Shown: positions 42,259-51,704 of the stretch, piece by piece
Layout: the number at the start of each line of letters is the position of its first letter
Position numbering within the stretch: the stretch's first letter is position 1
Source of the DNA: Reyranella sp.
GTDB lineage: Bacteria; Pseudomonadota; Alphaproteobacteria; Reyranellales; Reyranellaceae
Reading direction: 5' to 3'
Assembly (NCBI GenBank): GCA_036493235.1
Contig: DASXQC010000192.1
Coordinates: 332-64,331 of the forward strand
Length of the DNA: 64,000 nt
Notes under the pieces: model-generated
What the model saw: only the letters and a program-made list of their open reading frames with translations
Database searches by the model: none
What the model was told of the DNA's origin: nothing
Translations under genes and position numbers: made by a program

Positions 42259-44727
42259 TCACTTCACCCGCGGCACGATACGCTTGAGCTTGGCAATGCC
42301 GCTCTCATCCTCGGCAGCTGCCCGGCGCGGACGGCTAGGCTCGCCTTGGGCCCGCTCGCGGCGGCCACCCGTGCTACCGTCGGCGCTGCCCCCACCGGCG
42401 CCGGCACCCCGCTGGTTGGGGTTTGCGCCATAGTAGGAGTTGTAGCGCGAGTAGTAGTCGCCGTAGTCGCCGTACTCGTAGAGCGCGTGCTTGGCGAGGT
42501 TGACCTTGTTGATGACGATGCCGACGCGGTCGGTGACGCCCAGCAGGGCCGCGACCGCGCTCTTCACCACGTCGCGCGGCGTCTTGGCCCAATGCACGAT
42601 GAAGATCGTGTAGTCGGCGAGCTGCGAGATGATGCGTGCATCGGACACCGCCATCACCGGCGGACTGTCGAGGATTACCAGGTCGTAGCGGTCCGCGAAG
42701 GTTGCCAACGCGGCCTTCATGGCATGCGACTCCAGGATCTCCGGCGCGTTCGGCGTGTCAGCGCGGGCGCAGATGTAATCCACGCCCGAGACGTCGTGGC
42801 GACGGATGCACTCATCGAGCGTCTTGGTGCCCATCAGGTACTCGTCGATGGTGCCGCCGCGCTCCTTGAGGCCGAGCGCGACCGCCAGCTTGGCCTGCCG
42901 CAGGTCGAGGTCGACCAGCAGCACGCGGCGCGAGGCGTTCATCTTGGTGAGCAGGCCGCCCAACGCCGCCGCGAAGGTCGTCTTGCCTTCGGCCGGTGTG
43001 GACGACGTGACCGCGATCACCCGGGCCGGGCGATCGAGGTTGCTGAGGCTGATCGCAGTGAACACCGCGCGCATCGCCTCCGCGGCCGACGAGGTCGTGC
43101 GGTCCAGCACCTGCGTGACCATGTTGGCGCGCAGGCCGGCGGAGCCCTTGATCAGCGGCACCATGCCGAGCACGGCAACGCCGGTGGCCTTCTCGACCTG
43201 CGAGGCCGAGCGGAACACGCGGTCCAGCTTCTCTGCCGCCACCGCGCCAGCCATGCCGAGCAAGCAGCCGATGAGGAACGCGGCGAACAGGCCGGTCTTG
43301 TACTGCGGTGAGCTGGGCGCGCCGGCCGGCCAGGCATAGGCCAGAATGCGCGCGTCGGCCCGCTGGATGTCCTGCTGCTCGCGCAGCTCCTTGAAGCGGT
43401 TCAGGAAGCTTTCGTAGAGAGCACGGTTGGACTGCGCCTCGCGCTCGAGCTGCTTGAGTTCGGCTTCGTACTGGCTGGTCGCGCCCACCATGACCGAGGA
43501 CTTCTCGACCTGGGTGCGCAGCTCCTCCTCCTCCGACTTGGCCGCGTCGAGCTCGGCACGGATCGCCAGGGTCAGGCTCTGCGTCGCCGCCAGGAAGCGG
43601 CCGCGCACTGCAGCCAGCTCGGCCTGGACCTGCAGAACCTTGGGATGGTTCGGCCCAAAGGTGGTCTGGTACTCGGCGATCCTGCGGTTGAGGTCGGCTT
43701 CCTGCTGGCGCAGCGTGCTCAGCGTGGCGTTGTTGGCCACTTCGGCGATGTTGGCGACCTCATTGGGGTTGAGGCTGGCCTTGGAGAGCGCGACCAGGCG
43801 GCTCTCCTTCTCGATGCGCCGGGTCTTGGCGGCGATGTAGCGCGTGTTGAGGTCCGACAGCGTCTGCGTGGAGACGACGCCCTCGGGACTGCCCGCCAGG
43901 CCCTTGTCGCGGCGGTAGGTGGCGACCGCCTCTTCGGCAACCTGCAGGTTACGGCGCAGCTCGGCCAGGCGCTCTTCCAGCCATTCGGTGGCGCGACGGT
44001 TGGCCTCGTTCTTGTTGTCGACCTGGTCTGCCAGGTAGACCTCGGCGATCGCGTTGGCGATGCGCGCCGACATCGTGCCGTCGGTGCTCTCCACCGTGAT
44101 CACGATCACGAAGGTACGGCCCAGCAGGCTGACGCTGAGATGGCCCGCGACAGTGCCGATCGCGGTGCGGCGGCCGGGGTCGCTGTCGTCGGCCTTGGCG
44201 CCACGCTGCGGCGTCGCCGGTGCGTTCTGCGGCTGGCGCGCCTGCGGCGGGGCCAGCAGCGAGGCAATGCCCGAATGCCAGAGCTCGCGGATCGGCGCGA
44301 GCGAGCTGTCGAGAAAGCCCGGCGGCTTGGTGCCGTTGAACTCGGGATTGGAGGCGAGACCCAGCCGGTCGACCACGCGGCCGATCAGGAACTCGGACTG
44401 GATGACCTCCAGCTCACTCTGGATCGCGCCCATGTTCATGGTGTCGACGCCGGACAGGGCCGCCTCAGCTTTCACCGGGGTGAAGGTCCTGGTGTCGAGC
44501 ATGATGCGGGCCGACGCCTTATACATCGGGGTCGCCTGGGCAATGATCAGCGCCATCAGCGCGACCGCCAGCAGGCCCGCCCCGATGATCAGGGCTTTGC
44601 GCCGATTGAGCAGGCGCAGCCACTCCCACAGCTCGTTCGGGGCCTCCATTGCATGCTGTTGGCCCGAAGAACTGACAGGATCGGCTGTCTGCTGCGAGAT
44701 CCGGCCGAAACCGGCCTCATCGTCCAT
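42259..44727 (-). CDS. wzc: Wzc-type polysaccharide co-polymerase/BY-kinase
   Basis: Wzz-like N-terminus, coiled coil, second TM, Walker A TSSTPAEGKTT, VDLDLR, ILDSPP and Tyr cluster YEYGDYGDYYSRYNSYY; start uncertain (44754, 44727 or later). Confidence 0.9.
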   Translation of the reverse strand: MDDEAGFGRISQQTADPVSSSGQQHAMEAPNELWEWLRLLNRRKALIIGAGLLAVALMALIIAQATPMYKASARIMLDTRTFTPVKAEAALSGVDTMNMGAIQSELEVIQSEFLIGRVVDRLGLASNPEFNGTKPPGFLDSSLAPIRELWHSGIASLLAPPQARQPQNAPATPQRGAKADDSDPGRRTAIGTVAGHLSVSLLGRTFVIVITVESTDGTMSARIANAIAEVYLADQVDNKNEANRRATEWLEERLAELRRNLQVAEEAVATYRRDKGLAGSPEGVVSTQTLSDLNTRYIAAKTRRIEKESRLVALSKASLNPNEVANIAEVANNATLSTLRQQEADLNRRIAEYQTTFGPNHPKVLQVQAELAAVRGRFLAATQSLTLAIRAELDAAKSEEEELRTQVEKSSVMVGATSQYEAELKQLEREAQSNRALYESFLNRFKELREQQDIQRADARILAYAWPAGAPSSPQYKTGLFAAFLIGCLLGMAGAVAAEKLDRVFRSASQVEKATGVAVLGMVPLIKGSAGLRANMVTQVLDRTTSSAAEAMRAVFTAISLSNLDRPARVIAVTSSTPAEGKTTFAAALGGLLTKMNASRRVLLVDLDLRQAKLAVALGLKERGGTIDEYLMGTKTLDECIRRHDVSGVDYICARADTPNAPEILESHAMKAALATFADRYDLVILDSPPVMAVSDARIISQLADYTIFIVHWAKTPRDVVKSAVAALLGVTDRVGIVINKVNLAKHALYEYGDYGDYYSRYNSYYGANPNQRGAGAGGGSADGSTGGRRERAQGEPSRPRRAAAEDESGIAKLKRIVPRVK

Positions 44728-44887
44728 GTTAGAGACCCTAGAGAAAGAACCCATAGTTTACCATCCCGCGACCGGCCTTGCCGACCCCTCCACAAACCCA
44801 AGGACCGACCGGCGTTTCCGCACCGGATGGCCCTCCTTCATAGGTCCGGAGCTCCCACAGCCCCAGGCCCGAGTCCTGCCGTAATTC

Positions 44888-45574
44888 CTAGAACCACCTC
44901 TCTCCAACCCGGATCACATCACCGGGTTCCACGAGGGTGTCCTCGGTTACGTATTCTTCTTCCGCAGCGGTCGAGTAGAACCGCTTGATCGTCAGCCGGG
45001 TCTTTCCGGCGCGGCGGGTGAACCCGCCGCCAATGGCGATCGCCTGGATCACGCGTAGGCAGTTCGCGTAGGGAAACTGGCCGGGCCGCGTCACTTCACC
45101 GATGATGTAGAACGGCCGCATCGAGACCAGCTCGACGCTGAGCCGCGGCGCCACCAGATAGCCCTGCGCCTTGTACTTGTCGCGCAGCATTTCCTCGATC
45201 TCCGGGATCGTCTTGCCGACGATCTGGATCGGCCCGAGCATGCGCGCCGAGATGCCGCCGGAGGCGTTGACTTCGTAATCGCCCGAGAACTCGGTGTCCT
45301 GCAGGACGATCACCCGGATCTTGTCGCCCGCGCCCAACCGGTAGCCGGCATCGGTTTGCTTGCAGTCGTTGGTCCGCGCGACGGTCGGCCCGTTGATCGG
45401 GGGCGTCTGGCTGAACGAGGTGACGTCGCGCTGAGGTGGAGTCGGCAACTGCCACACGCCAGTGGTGCGGCCATCACAGGCGGCAGCGCCGAGCAGCGCG
45501 AGCACGGCCACCCCGGCGAGGGCCGGCCTGCCGGACAGGAGGTGACGGAGGTTTCCAGGAATGAATCTCAGCAC
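44888..45574 (-). CDS. wza: Polysaccharide export protein (Wza/OPX, Poly_export + SLBB)
   Basis: Lipobox-like LGAAAC, YRLGAGDKIRV, GEVTRPGQFPY, AIAIGGGFT and PGDVIRV. Confidence 0.9.
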   Translation of the reverse strand: MLRFIPGNLRHLLSGRPALAGVAVLALLGAAACDGRTTGVWQLPTPPQRDVTSFSQTPPINGPTVARTNDCKQTDAGYRLGAGDKIRVIVLQDTEFSGDYEVNASGGISARMLGPIQIVGKTIPEIEEMLRDKYKAQGYLVAPRLSVELVSMRPFYIIGEVTRPGQFPYANCLRVIQAIAIGGGFTRRAGKTRLTIKRFYSTAAEEEYVTEDTLVEPGDVIRVGERWF

Positions 45575-45578
45575 GGCA

Positions 45579-47162
45579 TCACCGCTTCGCGATCAATCGA
45601 ATGGAGTAAATCTGGCGATCATACGACGGCCCGGTCGTCGGATCGGTCGTCGAGGCGCGAGAGTATTCGAAGAACGGGCCAATTTGGATTTCCGGCTTGA
45701 TACTGTAAAGCAAGCCGATCTGGCTGCGCATGAAGTAATCAGTCCGCGGATTGACCCCTTGCACGCCGTCGGCCACCGCGTAGTCGGCGACGCTGAACAG
45801 CAGGCCGCCGGCCAGTGTCCAAGCGTCGTGGATCACGTAGGTGTAATCGAGCGCGAAGATGGTCGACGTGTAGTTCTTGTAGTCGCTGAGCGCGGTTTCG
45901 TTGATCGACCGGGTAATGGTCGGGCGCAAAGTGAGCGGAGCATAAGCCGACCACGTGCCCTTGAGGCTGAACGAAAGGCCCGAATCGCTGGCAAAGCCCC
46001 CGCTATTATAGGTCTTGTTCTGGTAGCCGATCTCGCCTTCCAGCACGCTGACCTCATTGGGCCGCCAAGTCGCGCCGACGCCGAGGTTCGTGTTGTTGGA
46101 ATTGCGATCCTGGCCAGCGGCATTGATCGTTTCGATGTAGCGGATCTGATTGAGCGACGGGGCAAGGTAGAGATCGAGGCTCTCTCCGACATGATAGCCG
46201 ACCCGCAGCGTCTCGGCATACTCGAAACGGTTGCGGCTCGAGGCTGGAAGGCCCTGCGAGGTGATCGTGCTGTAGTCGTAGTGCCAGTAGCGCGTCGCCG
46301 CGGCGCCGATCTGGTAGAAGACGTCGTTGAATTCCTGATACAGGCCGATCTGGACCGGCAGCGTGTCGACGACCGTCGGCGCCTGGGCAAACGCCACGTT
46401 GGGCGTGCCGAGCGCTTCGGTCGCACGCTTGAAGCCGATCAAGCCGGTCACATAGAGGTCGTGGCGGATGTCGACCTTGCCGTCGACCGCCAGTCCGTAG
46501 TTCTGGAAATCCTGCGTCGGCGCGGACCCGTACCAGCCGACTGTACCGCTCGCCACCGCGTGCAGCATGTGGTTGTTCCAGTCCGACTTGAGGTCGAGCG
46601 ACGGCGTCACCGTCGAATAGAGCGAGTTAGTCGTACCGAGCGAAGCGGCCTGGGCGAAGACGTTATTGTCGACGCCGATATTGAGCTCGAGCTGCGGGAT
46701 CAGGGTGAAGGCGCCGAGCGTGATGCCTGTGGCGTCGCCGGGCGACGAACCGCTACTAGCCGTCGTCCCACCGCCGAATCCGCTGGTGATGCCACCAAAG
46801 TACGGCACCGAGGATCCGAAGGGCGCATTGACGATGGTCGTGCCGGCCGACGGCGGCGGAGGCGGCTGCACCGTCTGGTTGGTCTGCTGGTCGTAGGTCG
46901 AATAGGTCGGATCCGCCGGCGTCGGCGCGCCGTAGGGCTGGGTAGGACGAGTCGGCAGGACGATCGGCGCGACGGCGCCGCCCGCCGGGACGGACGACGG
47001 CATCGTCGGCCGATTGCCCGTGTCGGTGTCCGACGGTGTGGTCGTGGTCGTCGAGCCCGGCGCGGTTGTCTGCGCGTGCACCACCGACATCCCGCACGAC
47101 AGCAGGGCCCATCCCAACAAGGGTGACCAGATGAGCCGGCTGCGAGAGGCACGAATCGTCAT
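45579..47162 (-). CDS. Outer-membrane beta-barrel protein of EPS export loci (BBP2-type) with a low-complexity N-terminus
   Basis: Signal peptide, T/P-rich linker, GITLGAFTLIP..DNNVF start of the barrel and alternating amphipathic strands to the C-terminus; directly upstream of wza. Confidence 0.75.
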   Translation of the reverse strand: MTIRASRSRLIWSPLLGWALLSCGMSVVHAQTTAPGSTTTTTPSDTDTGNRPTMPSSVPAGGAVAPIVLPTRPTQPYGAPTPADPTYSTYDQQTNQTVQPPPPPSAGTTIVNAPFGSSVPYFGGITSGFGGGTTASSGSSPGDATGITLGAFTLIPQLELNIGVDNNVFAQAASLGTTNSLYSTVTPSLDLKSDWNNHMLHAVASGTVGWYGSAPTQDFQNYGLAVDGKVDIRHDLYVTGLIGFKRATEALGTPNVAFAQAPTVVDTLPVQIGLYQEFNDVFYQIGAAATRYWHYDYSTITSQGLPASSRNRFEYAETLRVGYHVGESLDLYLAPSLNQIRYIETINAAGQDRNSNNTNLGVGATWRPNEVSVLEGEIGYQNKTYNSGGFASDSGLSFSLKGTWSAYAPLTLRPTITRSINETALSDYKNYTSTIFALDYTYVIHDAWTLAGGLLFSVADYAVADGVQGVNPRTDYFMRSQIGLLYSIKPEIQIGPFFEYSRASTTDPTTGPSYDRQIYSIRLIAKR

Positions 47163-47231
47163 GAAGCCTTCATGCCATCCCGGGACCGGTCCAATGGTCG
47201 GTTGGAAGAAATCCTGCACGGCCTTTAATCG

Positions 47232-48029
47232 TCAGGTGCAGCCGCTCGCAAGCGACTGGCAAGGCGGCGTAACGACCGGAGGCGGCGTCGGCGGCGTGCA
47301 ACCCACCGTGCAGGTCGGCGTGGGCGGAATACTGGGCGGCAACGGCGGTGTCGGGGTTGGCGGATCGCTCGGCGGATCGGACGGTGGGTCGGAAGGCGGA
47401 ACTGGCGTCGGCGGATCGGATGGCGGGTTCGAGGGCGGATCGGACGGCGGCAGCGGCGACGCCGCCGGCGGATCGGCCGGCGGAGTCGGCGGCAGGCTGA
47501 CCGGGATCACCGGCGGCGAATCAGGCGGCACGCCCAGCGAGAGTTGAGGCGCGCCAAGGTCGGCCGGACCACCGACGATGACGGGCGCGGCGCCCTGGAG
47601 CGGGCCATCGCCCAGCAACGGACCGGCACCCTGGAAAGGACTTGCACCCTGGAAGGGACCGGAGCCCTGCAGCGGGCCGCCAGCCTGCAATGGCCCTCCG
47701 CCCTGCAACGGGCCTGCGCCTTGAAGCGGACCTCCGCCATCAACCGGGTTCGCGCCCTGGAGTGGGCCACCACCTTGCAGCGGGCCGGCGCCCTGAACGG
47801 AATCGTCGTTCTGCGGGCCATTGCCTTGTGCATCGGTACCGGCGATCGCTCCGTCGTCGTTGGGATTGGCGCCCTGGAGCGGACCCACGGTGCCTTGCGG
47901 CTGCTGCGGATTCTGATCGCGGTCCTGCTGCTGACCGGCCGCCTGCGCGAGCGCAGTACCGCTGCCGAGCAACACAAAGGCGGCCACGATACTTTGCGCT
48001 TTTAATGCAAACTTATGCATTTTGGCCAT
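47232..48029 (-). CDS. Secreted low-complexity protein with G-x-G-P-L-Q hexapeptide repeats, a Pro-rich stalk and a Cys-containing C-terminus
   Basis: Signal peptide (ALA-QA), 12 tandem hexapeptides, PPSD repeats, four Cys near the C-terminus; first gene of the export operon; start 48038, 48029 or 48020. Confidence 0.7.
   Translation of the reverse strand: MAKMHKFALKAQSIVAAFVLLGSGTALAQAAGQQQDRDQNPQQPQGTVGPLQGANPNDDGAIAGTDAQGNGPQNDDSVQGAGPLQGGGPLQGANPVDGGGPLQGAGPLQGGGPLQAGGPLQGSGPFQGASPFQGAGPLLGDGPLQGAAPVIVGGPADLGAPQLSLGVPPDSPPVIPVSLPPTPPADPPAASPLPPSDPPSNPPSDPPTPVPPSDPPSDPPSDPPTPTPPLPPSIPPTPTCTVGCTPPTPPPVVTPPCQSLASGCT
47577..47792 (-). repeat. 12 x 18-nt coding tandem repeat (GAGPLQ consensus)
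   Basis: GAGPLQ GGGPLQ GANPVD GGGPLQ GAGPLQ GGGPLQ AGGPLQ GSGPFQ GASPFQ GAGPLL GDGPLQ GAAPVI, with synonymous codon divergence between units. Confidence 0.85.
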
Positions 48030-48218
48030 CCATCCCACCCGGCAGTATAGGAGCTACCCCGGCGCGCATATCCCCAATAGATTTGGCCCCGACGAAGACA
48101 TGTGGGTTCCCACCCAAATCTGCAGTCAGAATACCGAAATCTTTGTCCGATTCCAAGTCGGATAGCGGGATGACGGTCTAACAAATGTATCAAGGCCATG
48201 GACTTGAGGGCCCTTTGC

Positions 48219-49361
48219 TCACGATCGAACGGAGCGGTCGGCGAGGGCTTCGAAGGCGGCGATCAACCCTTTCGGGTCACCGCAAGACACCCGCCAGTAA
48301 GGCACTTCCGATTTGCGGCTGAGCAAGTCTACGTCGGATTCTGCACTTCCGACGAAAATAAGTGGCTTGCCGGACCCAAGACACGCATAAATCTTAGACG
48401 GCATCACGAATCCGACGAACGAGTCCTTCAGGACGACCAGATGGGCGTCGGGCGCCTTCAGCAGGCCGGCGAGCCGTTCGAGAGGTACCGGCTTGGAGCG
48501 ATGGAACGGCAGGCCGAGCGCGATCAGCCGGCCGGTCAGCTCCTCCGCCCCGGCGCCTGTGGCACTGAGCCACAGCCTGACCCGGCCACTGCCTTCCCGG
48601 TGGTGAAGCCGATAGCCCTCGATGAAGGTCTCGACCTCGTGGGCGATCCCGTAATTGCCTGAGTAGAGCAGCACGCACGACCCGGCCAGTTCGGTCGGTA
48701 CGGGCTCGACGATGTCGTCGTCCCGGAACGCCACCGGCGAGCCGTCCCGCACCAGCGCGATCCGGTCGCAGACGATGCCCGCCTCATCGTGCAGCCGACG
48801 CATCTGGTCCTCGCCCAGCACCTCGAATCGATCGACGCGACGGCGCCAGAAGTTGGTGAGCGAGAGCAAGGTCGTCAGCAGCCGCGAGGGCTTGTCCTGG
48901 GCGGCTATCAGGCACTCGGGATGGAAGTCGGTGATGCGATAGACCAGCCGCCCCTGCCACAGGAACTTCAGCGGCACCAGCAGATGGATGAGGAACGGCG
49001 GCGAGCCAGTGAACAGAATGCCATCGGCCGCGCGCATCGCCGGCAACGCCGCCCATGCCAGCCGCAGGTTGGTCCAGATCGTCCACGCCAGCCGCGTCAC
49101 CAGCGAGCCGCGCGGCACCGGTTTGGCCTGCAGCCGCAACTCGGTCAGCACCCCCTTGCCGATCTCGCGACGCACGACCGAGCGCGGCGCCGCCGCAAGT
49201 CCGACCAGCGTCATCTCGTGCCCGCGCTCCGCAAGATGCTCGGCGCGCATCTGCATGTACTGGCCTACCGCGCCGAAATCCGGCGGCAGCCAATCGGCGA
49301 TGATCACGATCCGCCGCTCACTCGTGAGGTCGAAGGGACTCTGTTCCAGCAGCTCCATCAT
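48219..49361 (-). CDS. GT4 glycosyltransferase (WcaI/WbuB-like)
   Basis: PPDFGAVG, DFHPE, LLYSGNYGIAHE and MPSKIYACLGSGKPLI; start at the ATGA overlap at 49358-49361. Confidence 0.82.
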   Translation of the reverse strand: MMELLEQSPFDLTSERRIVIIADWLPPDFGAVGQYMQMRAEHLAERGHEMTLVGLAAAPRSVVRREIGKGVLTELRLQAKPVPRGSLVTRLAWTIWTNLRLAWAALPAMRAADGILFTGSPPFLIHLLVPLKFLWQGRLVYRITDFHPECLIAAQDKPSRLLTTLLSLTNFWRRRVDRFEVLGEDQMRRLHDEAGIVCDRIALVRDGSPVAFRDDDIVEPVPTELAGSCVLLYSGNYGIAHEVETFIEGYRLHHREGSGRVRLWLSATGAGAEELTGRLIALGLPFHRSKPVPLERLAGLLKAPDAHLVVLKDSFVGFVMPSKIYACLGSGKPLIFVGSAESDVDLLSRKSEVPYWRVSCGDPKGLIAAFEALADRSVRS

Positions 49362-50563
49362 CGCCCGCGCCCACCCCGCTCCTCGATGGCGGCGCGATAG
49401 ACCTCGACCATGCGCGCGGCCACTGCGTTCCATCCGTATTCGGCGATCACCAGCGCGCGACCGCTCTCTCCCATGACACGACTCGCGGCAGGATCCTGGA
49501 GCAGCGTCATGAGCCCGCGCGCGATGCCGTCCGGCGACGGATCGACGATCACGCCGGCCTGCGCCTTGGCGACAATCTCGGACATCCCGACGTCGGGCGT
49601 CGCCAGCACCGGCAGCCCGCGCCGCATCGCCTCGAAAGCCGCGAGCCCGAAATTCTCCGACAGCGACGTCATGGCGAAGGCTGTAGCCGAGGCAAATAGC
49701 GCTTCCTTGTCAGCGCCGGCGAGGTGTCGCGCGATGATGGTGACGCGATCGGCGACGCCGAGCTTGCGTGCCTGCTCCGCCAGCAACTCCGCCTGGCCGC
49801 CGTCGCCGCCGGCAATGATCACGCGTGTCATTGGAACCAGCGGCAACGCCGCGATCAGCCGGTCGAGCCCCTTCTCCCAGCTGATGCGGCCGAACGCCAG
49901 CACGGGCGGCGCGCCGGCGATCGCGGCAGCGATGTCGGGCGACAGCGTCGCACCCCCGGTGGCCTGCGGATCGTCGACGCCATGCGGGATAGTGACGACC
50001 TTCGGCAGCGACCAGTAGAAGCCGCCGAGGTGATGCGCCTCGATCTCCGAGGTCGTATGCACCGTCGCCGCGCGCTCGAGGTTGGGCTTCTCGATCAGAC
50101 GGATCCACGCCTGCTTGATCCAGCGATTCTTGTGCTGGATCAGCTGCGGCACCAGCATGCCTCGCGGCGAGACGATGTACGGTACGTTTCGCGCCCGCGC
50201 GGCACGCGCCGCGGTCCAGGTCGGCCAGAGATAGATCGCGTGCACATGCACCAGATCGTAGTGGGTCACGCGAGAAAACAGCGCGCGCCGCATTGGCGGT
50301 GACCAGTATAGGCGCCGCATCCGCCTGCTCGGAAAATACGTGACCTGCACGCCCTCGAGATCGACCGGCCGCTCGAGTGGCACGTCGCTGTCACCCGGGC
50401 CGTCGACGTTGGTGGTGAAGACGTCCGTCACATGCCCTTGCGCGGCGAGCGCGCGGCAGAGCGCATGCACCGATTGGATCGGGCCGCCATAGCGTACGGC
50501 CGGCAGGTAGGTCGGCACGACGTGCAGCAGGCGTAGGCGAGCCTCTCCGGAATTTGCAGTCAC
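49358..50563 (-). CDS. GT4 glycosyltransferase
   Basis: YGGP, SPRGML, GRISWEKGLD and SENFGLAAFEAM motifs. Confidence 0.9.
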   Translation of the reverse strand: MTANSGEARLRLLHVVPTYLPAVRYGGPIQSVHALCRALAAQGHVTDVFTTNVDGPGDSDVPLERPVDLEGVQVTYFPSRRMRRLYWSPPMRRALFSRVTHYDLVHVHAIYLWPTWTAARAARARNVPYIVSPRGMLVPQLIQHKNRWIKQAWIRLIEKPNLERAATVHTTSEIEAHHLGGFYWSLPKVVTIPHGVDDPQATGGATLSPDIAAAIAGAPPVLAFGRISWEKGLDRLIAALPLVPMTRVIIAGGDGGQAELLAEQARKLGVADRVTIIARHLAGADKEALFASATAFAMTSLSENFGLAAFEAMRRGLPVLATPDVGMSEIVAKAQAGVIVDPSPDGIARGLMTLLQDPAASRVMGESGRALVIAEYGWNAVAARMVEVYRAAIEERGGRGR

Positions 50564-50657
50564 GGCCGCTTCACTGGCAATTCAATCGTGCGCAAAAACG
50601 AGCCCCACCCGCTTCCTGTCTGGCATAGTGCCATCAGAAGTGCTGCGTCAATCACAG

Positions 50658-51704
50658 ATGAAACTCCGCCTCTTCGGCCGTCCCGACCTTGCGGTCGCCC
50701 TGCTCGGCCTGGCCGCGCTGCTGCTCTGGGCGGTCGTGCTGGACATCGGCTGGCCGTGGGGCCTCGTCGCCTTGCCGCTCGCCGTGCTTTACGCCGCCCT
50801 GCTCGCCGTGTCCGCCTGGGCACTGTTGCGCCTGCAGAGCCTGGAGCGCTGGGCGGACTGGAAAAAGCAGCGCCTCCTGATCCTGGCGCCGCACGAGGAT
50901 GACTGCGTGATCGCCGCCGGCGGCGTGGGCCCGCTCAACCGCGCGCTCGGCGGCGCCACGCGCATCGTCTATCTCGCCCCCGAGGACGATCCGGCAAAGG
51001 CGGCGCGCCGTGCCGACGAGACGCGCGCGGCCTGGCGGCTGGCGGGCTTCGCCGATAGCGACCTCCTGCATCTCGACCTGCTGCCACGGCTGCGTCAGCG
51101 CGATCCGCAGAAACTGCGCGCCGCCGGCCGCGCCCTGCGCGCGATCATCGACGAGTTCCGGCCGACTGCCATCATCGTGCCGATGTTCGAGGGCGGCCAC
51201 GTCCAGCACGACATGCTGGCCGGCCTGGTCGGACGGATCGTCAGGCCAGACGAGCCGATAGAGATCTTCGAGGCGCCCGAGTACAGCCCCTTCACCTCGC
51301 TCGTCTTCACGCCCCATCGCGTGCTGACCCTCACGACCCGCTGGCTGTTCGGGCTGGTCTCCTACTACGGCCCGCCCGACGGCATCGACGGCCGACCGGT
51401 GCTGAAGTTCCGCCTCACGCCCGAGGAGATCGACCGCAAGCGCCGCATGCTCGGCGCCTTCGTCTCCCAGAACGCGCCGTCGCTGATGGAAACCCGCGCC
51501 TATCCCGACCGCCTGGTGCGGTGGCACCGCAACACCCTGCGCCGCCATCCGTTCGAGATGCGAGGGTCCTATCTCGCGTTGGCGACGGCCGCGCGGCGCG
51601 TGCTGCCGGCGGCGCTGGTCAGTCGCCTGCTGCCGGGCGAATCGGGAACGCTCGGCCGCGAGCCCGCGCTGACCGATTGGGACGCCGAGTACGGCGCTCA
51701 GTAG
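50658..51704 (+). CDS. PIG-L/LmbE family deacetylase with N-terminal TM helices
   Basis: Two N-terminal TMs, LAPHEDD, GGHVQHD and FVSQ motifs; opposite strand to the flanking GTs. Confidence 0.75.
   Translation: MKLRLFGRPDLAVALLGLAALLLWAVVLDIGWPWGLVALPLAVLYAALLAVSAWALLRLQSLERWADWKKQRLLILAPHEDDCVIAAGGVGPLNRALGGATRIVYLAPEDDPAKAARRADETRAAWRLAGFADSDLLHLDLLPRLRQRDPQKLRAAGRALRAIIDEFRPTAIIVPMFEGGHVQHDMLAGLVGRIVRPDEPIEIFEAPEYSPFTSLVFTPHRVLTLTTRWLFGLVSYYGPPDGIDGRPVLKFRLTPEEIDRKRRMLGAFVSQNAPSLMETRAYPDRLVRWHRNTLRRHPFEMRGSYLALATAARRVLPAALVSRLLPGESGTLGREPALTDWDAEYGAQ

Noticed and set aside
47577-47792. Repeat region as a CRISPR array, collagen-like domain or RiPP precursor
   Set aside because: Units are contiguous, in-frame and codon-degenerate with no spacers; Gly is not at every third residue; no RiPP maturases lie nearby
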